Assembly (NCBI GenBank): GCA_965247585.1 | Contig: CBDFHC010000005.1 | Location: 896,334 to 960,333, forward strand | Direction of reading: 5' to 3' | DNA length: 64,000 nt | Source: Dehalococcoidia bacterium | Lineage (GTDB): Bacteria; Chloroflexota; Dehalococcoidia; Lucifugimonadales; GCA-2712585 | Shown here: positions 38,842 through 47,134 of the stretch, piece by piece | How positions within the stretch are numbered: position 1 is the first letter of the stretch | Layout of the letters: each line of letters starts with the position of its first letter | Notes under the pieces: generated by a model | Told to the model about the DNA's origin: nothing | Database searches by the model: none | What the model saw: only the letters and a program-made list of their open reading frames with translations | Translations under genes and position numbers: made by a program

Positions 38842-39771
38842 TCATTGACGCGGCGGTTGGACCGGCGCCGGGTTGTAGATGCCGGCGGTGAGCACCTCCC
38901 GGGCCTGTTTTGACAGGACGTCCAGGGGCCAGCGGCCCTCACCGTGGAATATGCTGCGCTCGGCTCGAGGCTGGGAAAGCAGCGATACGGTGCCGCCATA
39001 GACCAGGAAGGTCTGACCGTTGATGTTCGCCGCGTAGTCGCTGGCGAGGAAGACGGTGAAGGGCGCCACGTCGTCAGGGGCGGCGGTGGACAGGTCTTCT
39101 TCGCCCTCAATGGAAGCAACGCCGGCCTGTGCGCGTATCTGGCTAGCGGTATCGGGCACTCCGGCGGTCATTCGAGTGTTGGCCCTGGGGGCAATGGAGT
39201 TGGCGGTGGCGCCGTAGCGGCCCATGTCCCGGGCCACCACTTTGGTGAACCCGGCGATGCCGGACTTGGCGGCGCCGTAGTTGGCCTGGCCCGAGTTGCC
39301 CATGAGGCCGGACTCTGAACTGAACGTGACGATGCGGCCTGACCGTTGCTGTCGAAATATAATGCAGGCGTGCTTGACCACGGAGAAGGTGCCCTTGAGG
39401 TGGACGGCGATAACGGAGTCCCACTCCTCCTCGGTCATGTTAAAGACCATGCGGTCCCGGAGAATGCCGGCGCAGGTTACCACGGCGTCCAGCCGCCCGA
39501 AGGAGTCCAGGGCGGCCTGGACGATGGCCTCGCCGCCCTCCATGGTGGCCACGGACTCGGTGCAGGCGGCGGCAGAGCCACCGGCGTCAGTAATCTCTTT
39601 GACCACCTGGTCCGCCACTGACGTGGAGCCGCCGCTGCCGTCCATCTCCACGCCGGGGTCCACGACCACGACGCTGGCGCCCTCCTGGGCCATAAGGATG
39701 GCCACGCCTCGGCCGATGCCTCGACCGGCGCCGGTGACGATGCCAACCTGGCCTTCCATTATCCCAGCCAT
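38842..39771 (-). CDS. SDR-family dehydrogenase, MFE-2 dehydrogenase-like, copy 2
   Basis: VTGAGRGIGRG, DGSGGSTSVADQVVKEI, YGAAK. 309 aa, in tandem with copy 1. Confidence 0.85.
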   Translation of the reverse strand: MAGIMEGQVGIVTGAGRGIGRGVAILMAQEGASVVVVDPGVEMDGSGGSTSVADQVVKEITDAGGSAAACTESVATMEGGEAIVQAALDSFGRLDAVVTCAGILRDRMVFNMTEEEWDSVIAVHLKGTFSVVKHACIIFRQQRSGRIVTFSSESGLMGNSGQANYGAAKSGIAGFTKVVARDMGRYGATANSIAPRANTRMTAGVPDTASQIRAQAGVASIEGEEDLSTAAPDDVAPFTVFLASDYAANINGQTFLVYGGTVSLLSQPRAERSIFHGEGRWPLDVLSKQAREVLTAGIYNPAPVQPPRQ

Positions 39772-39894
39772 CTTTTCTCCTTTACCAACCAGGGTTTTCT
39801 TAGTGCCTCGTTGCCGGACCAGCGAAGAGGGGCTCCGCGATTATGGGGCGCCTGCTCTTGCCATCGGTTGGGGCCAGCCGGCCATTGGGGCGAG

Positions 39895-40329
39895 CTAGAG
39901 GGCGCGGGAGGGCAGGGCGACGGTGGCGGTGCCCGGGGTGGTGCGCTGCCCCTCCTGGTCCTCGGTCCAAATCTCGCAGTCGACCAAGTGTTCCCCGTTT
40001 TCGACGTACTTGCGGGTGACCACGCCTTTGCAGGTAACCGGGGCGTCAGGGCGGTCCATGCCCCGGTACTGGCAGCCCAGCTTTTTCAATACGCTGTGGG
40101 GTCCCATCCAGTCGGTCATTAGCTGACCCAGAAAGGCGTTTTTGAGCGCGCCGTGAAGGATCACCCCCGGAAGCCCGGTGCCCTGGGCAAAGTCTTTGTC
40201 ATAGTGAATCTCATAGAAGTCGCCGGAGGCCCCGGCGTACTTGACCAGTTGCCGGGTGGTGGGGTTTTTCACCAGAGGGGTGAGTTCCATCCCCTCCGTC
40301 ACGTCTTCCCAGTAAGGGCTCTTAGCCAT
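39895..40329 (-). CDS. MaoC-domain (R)-specific enoyl-CoA hydratase-like hotdog protein
   Basis: YAGASGDFYEIHYDKDFAQGTGLPGVILHG matches the MaoC hydratase motif region. Confidence 0.8.
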   Translation of the reverse strand: MAKSPYWEDVTEGMELTPLVKNPTTRQLVKYAGASGDFYEIHYDKDFAQGTGLPGVILHGALKNAFLGQLMTDWMGPHSVLKKLGCQYRGMDRPDAPVTCKGVVTRKYVENGEHLVDCEIWTEDQEGQRTTPGTATVALPSRAL

Positions 40330-40411
40330 GTTCAGTTCACCAAGCTATTCTTCTTTTCCAGCATTACGAAAGACGAAATGGGAGGGGATCAGGGACGATT
40401 TCAGAAATACG

Positions 40412-40927
40412 CTAATACCGGATGAGGGTGCTTTTCTGAGTGGCGGTCACCTGAAGGAACTGGTTTGTATAGGTGGTAACGGTGGTGACGAAGAGCATGG
40501 GTCCCAGCCTGCCGGAGCGGAGTGTCATGTCATCAATACGGGTGACCACGGTGATACGGTCGCCGGGACGAACCAGCTCGTGGTACTCCCACTGGCTGCC
40601 GCCGTCCAGGATCCTTTGCAAGGGAGTCTCCGAGGCGATATCGATACCCCCGGTGGGGGCGGCCCGGAGGAAGGTGGGAGGCGCGGCCATACCTCGGGAC
40701 GGCAGCCGCCTCGCAGCCGCCTCGTCGTTCCACATGGGATTGGGGTCGCCGATGGCTTCCGCGAAGGCGACGATGTGCCCCTCTTCCACTTCCAGGACGG
40801 TGGGGGAGCTCTCTTGGCCGACGTACTTCTTCTTCAGCGCGTCGATATCAACAGGGGGGTCCGTAGTCATAAACCGGCCTCCGGGCAAGTGCGAAGCGAG
40901 TGTAGCCACGGGCTGTTGGACTGTCAA
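40412..40927 (-). CDS. MaoC N-terminal-like hotdog protein (partner of the hydratase subunit)
   Basis: 171 aa. FAEAIGDPNPMWNDE... and ..RPGDRITVVTRIDDM, typical of the non-catalytic hotdog half of two-subunit or two-domain hydratases. Confidence 0.7.
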   Translation of the reverse strand: MTVQQPVATLASHLPGGRFMTTDPPVDIDALKKKYVGQESSPTVLEVEEGHIVAFAEAIGDPNPMWNDEAAARRLPSRGMAAPPTFLRAAPTGGIDIASETPLQRILDGGSQWEYHELVRPGDRITVVTRIDDMTLRSGRLGPMLFVTTVTTYTNQFLQVTATQKSTLIRY

Positions 40928-40967
40928 GGAAAGCCGGGAAGGACTGCAGGGCAGCGGGGAAGAGGTG

Positions 40968-41879
40968 CTAGGCGCCGGCGGGTCCGCTCCGCTGGTCTTT
41001 CAAAAACCGCTCCAACTCCTGGACCATCTCCTCGGGGTTAGGCATCTCGGTGAGAGAGAGGAGGGCGTCGTCAAAACGGGCCTCCAGCTTTTTAACGTAG
41101 GAGGTGAGCTGGGAGTCCTCTTCCACCACCTTGTGCAGCTCCCGCTGGAAGATAGCGGCGGCGGTTTCCAGCTCCTTTAAGTCCAGCTCCAGGTTGAGCA
41201 GACGACAGGCGGTCTTGACCACGCCGTAGGTGACTTTGTAATTAGGAGAGGTCTGGAGATAGTGGGAGCTGTGTCCCCACAGAGTGACGAATTGGAGGCC
41301 CTTGGCGGCGCAGCGCTCCATCATGGCGGAGGAGATGCCTGATGGACCCTGGTACCCGGAGGGGCGTATGTCCAGCTCTGCCAGCTTCTCTCTAAGAGGA
41401 GCGTCGCTGGAGGAGCCGGTCAAAACCAGGTCCCGGGTGTGGGGGATAGCGTCCAGCAAGGCGCCCAGGTGCACCACGGTGTGGACGCCGGACTGCATGG
41501 CCAGGTCCAGGACGGCGTCACAATAGGTGCGCCATTTCAAGCTGGGCTCCATGCCCAGGAGGAACATGAAGTTCTGGGAGGAGTCCGAGCCGTCCTGGTA
41601 GAAAATCTCATTGGTGGGCCATTTGAGCTGGCGCAGACCATCATCTTCCAGCTTGATGTAGGGACGAACATGGCTGAAGTCATAGAACTCCTCCGGGTCC
41701 ATGTCCGCCATCTTCTTGCCGGAGAGCCTCTTGAGCAGGTACTGGAGGGCGCCGGTGGCCCCTTCTCCGGCATCCGGCCAACCACGAAAGGCCATGAGAA
41801 GGTGGGAAATCTTCCCCTTTGGTGTTTGAAGCACCGTGAAATACCGATGGTCAGCCAAAAACGCGACTCCATCTGGCAA
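40968..41879 (-). CDS. PAC2 family protein, copy 2
   Basis: Homologous to 26955..27875 (EEFYDFSHVRP, IPHTRDLVLTGSS, RPSGYQGPSGISS). Confidence 0.65.
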   Translation of the reverse strand: MPDGVAFLADHRYFTVLQTPKGKISHLLMAFRGWPDAGEGATGALQYLLKRLSGKKMADMDPEEFYDFSHVRPYIKLEDDGLRQLKWPTNEIFYQDGSDSSQNFMFLLGMEPSLKWRTYCDAVLDLAMQSGVHTVVHLGALLDAIPHTRDLVLTGSSSDAPLREKLAELDIRPSGYQGPSGISSAMMERCAAKGLQFVTLWGHSSHYLQTSPNYKVTYGVVKTACRLLNLELDLKELETAAAIFQRELHKVVEEDSQLTSYVKKLEARFDDALLSLTEMPNPEEMVQELERFLKDQRSGPAGA

Positions 41880-41939
41880 TGTTGAAGGGATAAGCCATCA
41901 GAAACAGTGTATCACCAGAGAGCAGTGGGAGAAAGCGGA

Positions 41940-43349
41940 CTATTCCAATCCACCGGCGAGAACAGCTAGATTCTCCTCATCCGCCGCGATGAAAAGCGTT
42001 ACATTCAGTGCATCTAGAGCGATTTGTACCGCGGTTTCCGGCCCCAGGGCCAGACCGGCGTACTGCCGGACAGCATCATCGAACTCCAGGGCGTCGGCGG
42101 CGGTGTCCCATTGGGAAAAGAGGGCCAGCGCCAGGCGGCCGCCGGCGTCCGTAAACAGAAGGTACCTGTCACCTCCCCAACCGGCGGCGGCGCGGGAGGC
42201 GGCGAAGGAGGACATCTCCTCGTCCAGGAAAATTCGGAGGAAGAATTCGCCCAGGGTATTCTCGTCCACCAACTGCCAGCCCAGGTCCAACAGAGCCTGG
42301 TGGGCGGGCGCCGCCACGTCCACGGGCTGGTGGCCCTCCAGATACAGCTCCGGGTGGAGGACTTGCTCGGTGGAGACGGGGGGGTCCAAGTAGGCGGCGT
42401 CGACGCCCTCCCAGGAACCGGCGTCGAAGACCGCCCGAACAAAGTCAGACCCCTCCACGTATGGGAAGATCAGGTCCTGCTGGATGATGGCCGGGGCGTT
42501 GTCAAACACGTCTGATGAAGAGCTGGCGTCTCTGAACGCCCGGGAAAGCTCGGCGGCAGTAAAGCGGTCGAAGGCATAGGTGAGCTCGGTGAACTGGGCG
42601 TCGCCTTCTATCAGGGCCGTGACAGCGGAGGAGCGGTCGCGGTGGTGCCCCGCCTCGTCGCTGAGGCCGGCGATGTTGAAGTGCTGCTGCTGGAGGGCGT
42701 GCGTGTACTCATGGGCGACGGTCAGCTCTTCAACGATTCCCAGTTGGGGAGCGTCCGAGACGATGAAGAGCTCTTCGCCATCAGGGTTGAAGAGGCCAAG
42801 CACCCCTTCGCCCAGGAGGTCAAGATAGAGCTGCAATAGGTCCGTTTCCAAGTCAATCAGGCCAAGCACCAAGAGCAACTGCTGGACTTTGAACAGGTCT
42901 TCTCTGTCCTCCTGGGTGATCTCCCGCTCCAGGTAGTCCGCCAGCTCTTCCGATGTCATAAGCTGGGGTGGCACGTCTCGGTGGAAGTCCAGGCCGCGCA
43001 AGCGAGGGAGCGCCAGAGTAACCCTGGCCACCATCTCATCAAGCTCCCCGGCGGGCGTTGGGGTGGTGGTGGGCGACGGGACGTCTGTGGACGTGGGTCC
43101 CGGTGTAGGAGTGGCGGTGGGAGCAGGCAGAGGGGTGGGGGTAAGAGTGGGCGCCGTGGCCGGCGGCTCCGTAGGCGTGTCGGTGGCCGTGGGTGAAGGC
43201 GTGGCGATTTGAGTCTCAGCGGCGGGTTGCGCTGTGACGGTGGGTGTTGATGTTGCCCCGGGGGTGGTGCTCAGGCGAGTGCAGGCCAGGGCGCCCAACA
43301 GCAGTAGGACGGCGGCCAGGACCAGGGACTTGTGGAGGAACGCGGGCAT
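41940..43349 (-). CDS. Secreted/lipoprotein putative zinc metalloprotease (HExxH)
   Basis: Leader with LLLLGALAC lipobox, long Pro/Thr-rich linker, HExxH in LTVAHEYTHALQ. Confidence 0.6.
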   Translation of the reverse strand: MPAFLHKSLVLAAVLLLLGALACTRLSTTPGATSTPTVTAQPAAETQIATPSPTATDTPTEPPATAPTLTPTPLPAPTATPTPGPTSTDVPSPTTTPTPAGELDEMVARVTLALPRLRGLDFHRDVPPQLMTSEELADYLEREITQEDREDLFKVQQLLLVLGLIDLETDLLQLYLDLLGEGVLGLFNPDGEELFIVSDAPQLGIVEELTVAHEYTHALQQQHFNIAGLSDEAGHHRDRSSAVTALIEGDAQFTELTYAFDRFTAAELSRAFRDASSSSDVFDNAPAIIQQDLIFPYVEGSDFVRAVFDAGSWEGVDAAYLDPPVSTEQVLHPELYLEGHQPVDVAAPAHQALLDLGWQLVDENTLGEFFLRIFLDEEMSSFAASRAAAGWGGDRYLLFTDAGGRLALALFSQWDTAADALEFDDAVRQYAGLALGPETAVQIALDALNVTLFIAADEENLAVLAGGLE

Positions 43350-43533
43350 CAGCGAAGGGTCACGGGCCTATCTTGAGGATGTGGCATATGGTTTGATGTT
43401 GGAGACGGAGAAACAGGTGTAGGTTGGACGCATCAATATCTCAGGGAAACGTATACGCCAAGGGAAAGAAGGCGCCGCTTGCCGTGGCGGAACATAACCT
43501 CACGGCTGATGCAGATGGTACGTCAGAACCGGG

Positions 43534-43860
43534 CTAGAAGATTTTGCCGCCAACCCACACTTTTCCGCCGGCGCCGCAGTTTCGGCGGGCCACCACGGCG
43601 TCACGTGGGTCTCCTTCCCAAATCTGAACGCTGCCAGCCTGGGCAAAGGGGCCCATGAACTGCTGGACGGCGTCCATGTCTGAGGCGGTGAGTATCATAA
43701 ATAGGGTGTGGTCCTGGACCACGGCCTCGCCCTGAATCTAGATGCCGGCACGGCCGGCGTTCTCATGGGAGAGGTGTTGGAGCAGCATGGGACCCATTTT
43801 GACGTCACCGGCGGGGCAGTTTTCGGCGGGGTGCTGGTGGCGAGTGACGAAAAGGGCCGT
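43534..43860 (-). pseudogene. Small conserved protein gene with ACG in the start position and an in-frame TAG
   Basis: Own translation: GGAGG-tacc-ACG GCC CTT.. gives (T)ALFVTRHQHPAENCPAGDVKMGPMLLQHLSHENAGRAGI-TAG-IQGEAVVQDHTLFMILTASDMDAVQQFMGPFAQAGSV.. in one continuous frame. The TAG is at 43738..43740. Confidence 0.5.
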
Positions 43861-44172
43861 GGTACCTCCGTTTTGGCGATTCCAGGTAGAACTGGCAGGG
43901 CTTGCAGGGGCGTCAAGGTTAGCACAACAACGAAGTGGAGGCTAACGGTGGCGGGCGGGTGACCCTTGTCAGGATGCTGGGTGCGAACCCGCAACCCTGC
44001 CACCAGATAAAGATGGCAGACAGGCGACAGAAGAGCCGCGGCTGGCAAAAGCGACGCCATGCCGTTTAGAATCTCGCTAATCGATATTCATCACGATACC
44101 GGGCAGCGGTTGGCGTCACCTTGTCAGGTGGCGCAGAGTCCGTGCCCATGGCAATACTTTCCGGGAGGGTGA

Positions 44173-45294
44173 ATGATGGCCGGCTATAGGGTCGTATCTT
44201 CAGACAACCACATCGTGGAGCCGCCGGACCTTTGGACGGCAAACATCGAGGCGCGCTTCCGGGAGCGGGCGCCGCAGATTGTCGAGGAGGAGGACGGCGA
44301 GTGGTGGGTGTGCGACGGGAAGCGCCTGCAAACGGGGTTCGGCTTCTCCGGGGCGCAGACGGGCATGCGGTTCGAGACGCCGCAGGAGATGACCGCCGGA
44401 GACGCATTCGAGAACGTGCGGCCGGGGGGCTACATACCTGAGGAGCAGGTCAAGGACATGGACATGGACGGCGTGGACGTCAGCATCATCTATCCTAGCC
44501 TGGGGCTGCAGCTATTTCGGGTGCCGGAAAACGAGCTGCTCAACGCAGTCTTCCGCACCTACAACGACTGGGTGGCTGAGTTCTGTAGCGCCTCGCCCCA
44601 GCGGCTCTCGGGCATCGCCATGATTAACGTGGACGTGATCGAAGAAGCGGTGCGGGAGCTGGAACGCTGCAAGCAGATGCGTATGACCGGGGCGATGATC
44701 CCGGTCTACCCGCTGGAGGGCCACCGCTACGACTCGCCGGAGTACGAGCCTTTTTGGGAGGCGGCCAACCGGCTGGAGATGCCGATTAGTCTTCATGCCG
44801 CCACCAACCGGGTGGGTTCCGGCGAGGGCGAGCCCGACGGCAGCCGCCGCCTGGCCACTCTCATCAACTCCGCCCACTACGCCCTGATGTCTATCACGGA
44901 CCTGATCTTCACCGGCGTCTTCGAGCGGTATCCCAAGCTGCAAGTTGGCTCCGTGGAGCACGAGATCGCCTGGGCGGCGCACCTGGTGGAGCGAATGGAC
45001 TGGAACTATCAGCAGCGAGAGGCGGCGCAGAGGAGCTACCGATTCAAGGAGGATATGCTGCCCAGCGGCTACTTCCGGCGCAACGTGTTCGTTGGCTTTC
45101 AGGAGGACGCCCTGGGCATCCGGCTACGGGACTACATCGGCGTGGAGACGCTGCAGTGGGGCTCTGACTACCCGCACCAGGAGTCCACCTTCCCTCGCAG
45201 CCGTCAGATATTGGAGGAGATACTTTCGGAGTGCACCGAAGAGGAGAAGGCGATGATCGCCGGGGGCAACGCGGCCCGGGTCTACCGGGTGTAG
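44173..45294 (+). CDS. Amidohydrolase-2 (ACMSD-like metal-dependent hydrolase/decarboxylase) family protein, paralog 1
   Basis: 373 aa. SSDNHIVEPPDLW, ISLHAAT, WGSDYPHQEST. Confidence 0.85.
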   Translation: MMAGYRVVSSDNHIVEPPDLWTANIEARFRERAPQIVEEEDGEWWVCDGKRLQTGFGFSGAQTGMRFETPQEMTAGDAFENVRPGGYIPEEQVKDMDMDGVDVSIIYPSLGLQLFRVPENELLNAVFRTYNDWVAEFCSASPQRLSGIAMINVDVIEEAVRELERCKQMRMTGAMIPVYPLEGHRYDSPEYEPFWEAANRLEMPISLHAATNRVGSGEGEPDGSRRLATLINSAHYALMSITDLIFTGVFERYPKLQVGSVEHEIAWAAHLVERMDWNYQQREAAQRSYRFKEDMLPSGYFRRNVFVGFQEDALGIRLRDYIGVETLQWGSDYPHQESTFPRSRQILEEILSECTEEEKAMIAGGNAARVYRV

Positions 45295-45344
45295 GGCGAT
45301 TTTCTCTAAACCAGGCCGTCAGCCCGCCCAAGGTTGATAAGTGG

Positions 45345-45368
45345 CCCCTCAGTGCGAGGGGTCATTTT
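45345..45368 (+). terminator. Putative rho-independent terminator after amidohydrolase paralog 1
   Basis: Stem CCCCTC/GAGGGG (extendable to 8 bp), loop AGTGC, followed by TCATTTT. Confidence 0.5.
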
Positions 45369-45381
45369 GTGCCGCCAAATA

Positions 45382-45467
45382 TGGTGCCGGGGGCGGGATT
45401 CGAACCCACACACCCGTGAAGGTAGCGGATTTTAAGTCCGCCGCGTCTACCATTCCGCCACCCCGGC
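45382..45467 (-). tRNA. tRNA-Leu (anticodon UAA), CCA encoded
   Basis: Manual fold of the reverse complement: acceptor GCCGGGG/CCCCGGC, anticodon stem GCGGA/TCCGC with loop CTTAAAA, long variable arm, T-arm GTGGG-TTCGAAT-CCCGC. Confidence 0.9.
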
Positions 45468-45492
45468 AAGACTAACCAGCCCTAATAAAGAA

Positions 45493-45516
45493 AGGGGCCC
45501 CTGCGGAGAGGCCCCT
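45493..45516 (-). terminator. Putative terminator between tRNA-Cys and tRNA-Leu(UAA)
   Basis: 7-bp stem AGGGGCC/GGCCCCT. On the minus strand it is followed by TTTCTTTATT. Confidence 0.45.
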
Positions 45517-45535
45517 CTACTATTTACTGTATTCT

Positions 45536-45611
45536 TGGAGGCGACGGGCGGAATCGAACCGCCGAATAGAGGTTTTGCAGACCTCCGCCTTAACCACTTG
45601 GCTACGTCGCC
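45536..45611 (-). tRNA. tRNA-Cys (anticodon GCA), CCA encoded
   Basis: Acceptor GGCGACG/CGTCGCC, anticodon stem GAGGT/ACCTC with loop CTGCAAA, T-arm GGCGG-TTCGATT-CCGCC, discriminator U as expected for tRNA-Cys. Confidence 0.92.
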
Positions 45612-45627
45612 TTGGATACGCTCCTAT

Positions 45628-45714
45628 TGGTGCCGAGAGCGGGACTTGAACCCACACGGGCTTACGCCCACAGCCCCCTCAAGACTGCGTGTCTACCAGT
45701 TCCACCACCTCGGC
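45628..45714 (-). tRNA. tRNA-Leu (anticodon GAG), CCA encoded
   Basis: Acceptor GCCGAGG/CCTCGGC, anticodon stem CAGTC/GGCTG with loop TTGAGGG, long variable arm, T-loop TTCAAGT. Confidence 0.88.
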
Positions 45715-45860
45715 ACTGGCAAGGGACAATACTATAGCAGAGACGAACATTAACCTAAACAGTGCCACGGTGCCCGGCGTCCCGTTCCCCAGGGTCTCCT
45801 TCGGTCCAGCGCCAGTAGCCCTAGGTGCGGAACTAACCATGGCACGTTGGTCTTTTCAAT

Positions 45861-45896
45861 TATACCATCCGCCTCACATATACCATCCGCCTCACA
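45861..45896. repeat. Perfect 18-bp tandem duplication
   Basis: TATACCATCCGCCTCACA at 45861..45878 and again at 45879..45896. Confidence 0.95.
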
Positions 45897-45966
45897 AGTA
45901 CGAAGGCGGAGATTGCCACGGCTGGGCGGGGACGGATGTGCGCCCTGGGGGGGGGTCAGGCAGCGA

Positions 45967-47088
45967 TCAGTCGAACCGGTAGATGCGGGCGGCGTTTCCT
46001 CCAACGATTTTGGCCTGCTCGTCCTCGGGTACGCCGTCCAGGATGCTGTCCAGGATATCCCGGGACTTGGGGAAGGTGGACTCGGCGTGGGGGTAATCTG
46101 AGCCCCAGAGCAGGTTGTCGACGCCGATCATGTGGCGAAGCTGGATACCCAGGGCGTCCTCCTGAAAGCTGTGGAAGACGTTGCGGCTCATGAAGTCGCT
46201 GGGCAGGGTATCGCCCTGGAACCGGTAGGGTGTGCCATATTCCCGCTCAATATAGCTGGAGTCCAGCCGGCTAATGAAATAGGGTATCCAACCCAGCTCG
46301 TGCTCAACGCTGACCAGTTTAATATCCGGGTAGCGCTCCAGCACGCCGGCGTAAATGATGTGTGAAAGGGACATGCGGACCCAGTAGTCGTACTGATTTC
46401 TATCGGCGCCGGTCTGGACCGCCTTGCCGTCCTGGCTGACCTGGGCGCCGCCGGGGCGGTTGGTGGTGACGTGGAGACTGATTGGGAGGCCCACCTCTTC
46501 TGCGGCGGCCCAGAAAGGCTCGTACATATCCAGGTCGTAGGTCTGGTGAGAGCGAGGGAAGGAGCTGATCATAGCCCCCGCCAGCCCCCGGTCCGCGGCG
46601 CGGCGCAGCTCCGCTATCCCCTCTGTCACGCCGTCGTCCAGAATGATCATCGCCACACCCTTTAGCCGCTGGGGATGGCTTTCGCAGAAGTCCGCCACCC
46701 AATCGTTGTAGGTGGAAAATATGGGGCGAGCCAATTCCGCGTTCTCAAAGCCAAACAGGCCCAAGCCTAGCGAAGGATAGACTACTCCGCCGTAAACGCC
46801 GTCCAGTTCCATATCCTTGACGTGCTTATCTGGGATGTATCCGCCGGGCCGCACGTTGGCGAAACTCCCCTCCTGCCTGATCTTTTCCGGCGTGTCAAAG
46901 CGCAGCCCAGCCCCTGAGGTGGCGCCAAAGGAGGCTATCCTCTTCTGGCCAACGACCCACCAGTCGTCGGGGTCCCCCACTTCCAGGTGGGGGATATTGT
47001 CACCGTAGCCGGCGTCCATGCGGTCCAGCCACAGGTTGGGGGGCTCCACCACGTGAGAATCCGAAGAGATTACTCTGAATCCGGCCAT
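45967..47088 (-). CDS. Amidohydrolase-2 family protein, paralog 2
   Basis: ATG 47088 (MAGFRVISSDSHVVEPPNLW) preceded by GGAGG. 373 aa, colinear with paralog 1. The 474-aa track ORF has an implausible Arg/Pro/Trp-rich N-terminal extension. Confidence 0.85.
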   Translation of the reverse strand: MAGFRVISSDSHVVEPPNLWLDRMDAGYGDNIPHLEVGDPDDWWVVGQKRIASFGATSGAGLRFDTPEKIRQEGSFANVRPGGYIPDKHVKDMELDGVYGGVVYPSLGLGLFGFENAELARPIFSTYNDWVADFCESHPQRLKGVAMIILDDGVTEGIAELRRAADRGLAGAMISSFPRSHQTYDLDMYEPFWAAAEEVGLPISLHVTTNRPGGAQVSQDGKAVQTGADRNQYDYWVRMSLSHIIYAGVLERYPDIKLVSVEHELGWIPYFISRLDSSYIEREYGTPYRFQGDTLPSDFMSRNVFHSFQEDALGIQLRHMIGVDNLLWGSDYPHAESTFPKSRDILDSILDGVPEDEQAKIVGGNAARIYRFD

Positions 47089-47134
47089 TTCGTGCCTCCT
47101 GGTCTGCTTGCTTATTGGTTTGCGCCGATACCTG

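Noticed and set aside
43738-43740. In-frame TAG as possible programmed recoding (pyrrolysine or read-through)
   Set aside because: No pyl genes or recoding signals are seen in the window, and the same gene also lacks an ATG. Pseudogenisation is the simpler explanation.
45861-45896. Tandem 18-mers considered as a minimal CRISPR-like array
   Set aside because: There are only two units with no spacers and no cas genes, so it is a simple tandem duplication.
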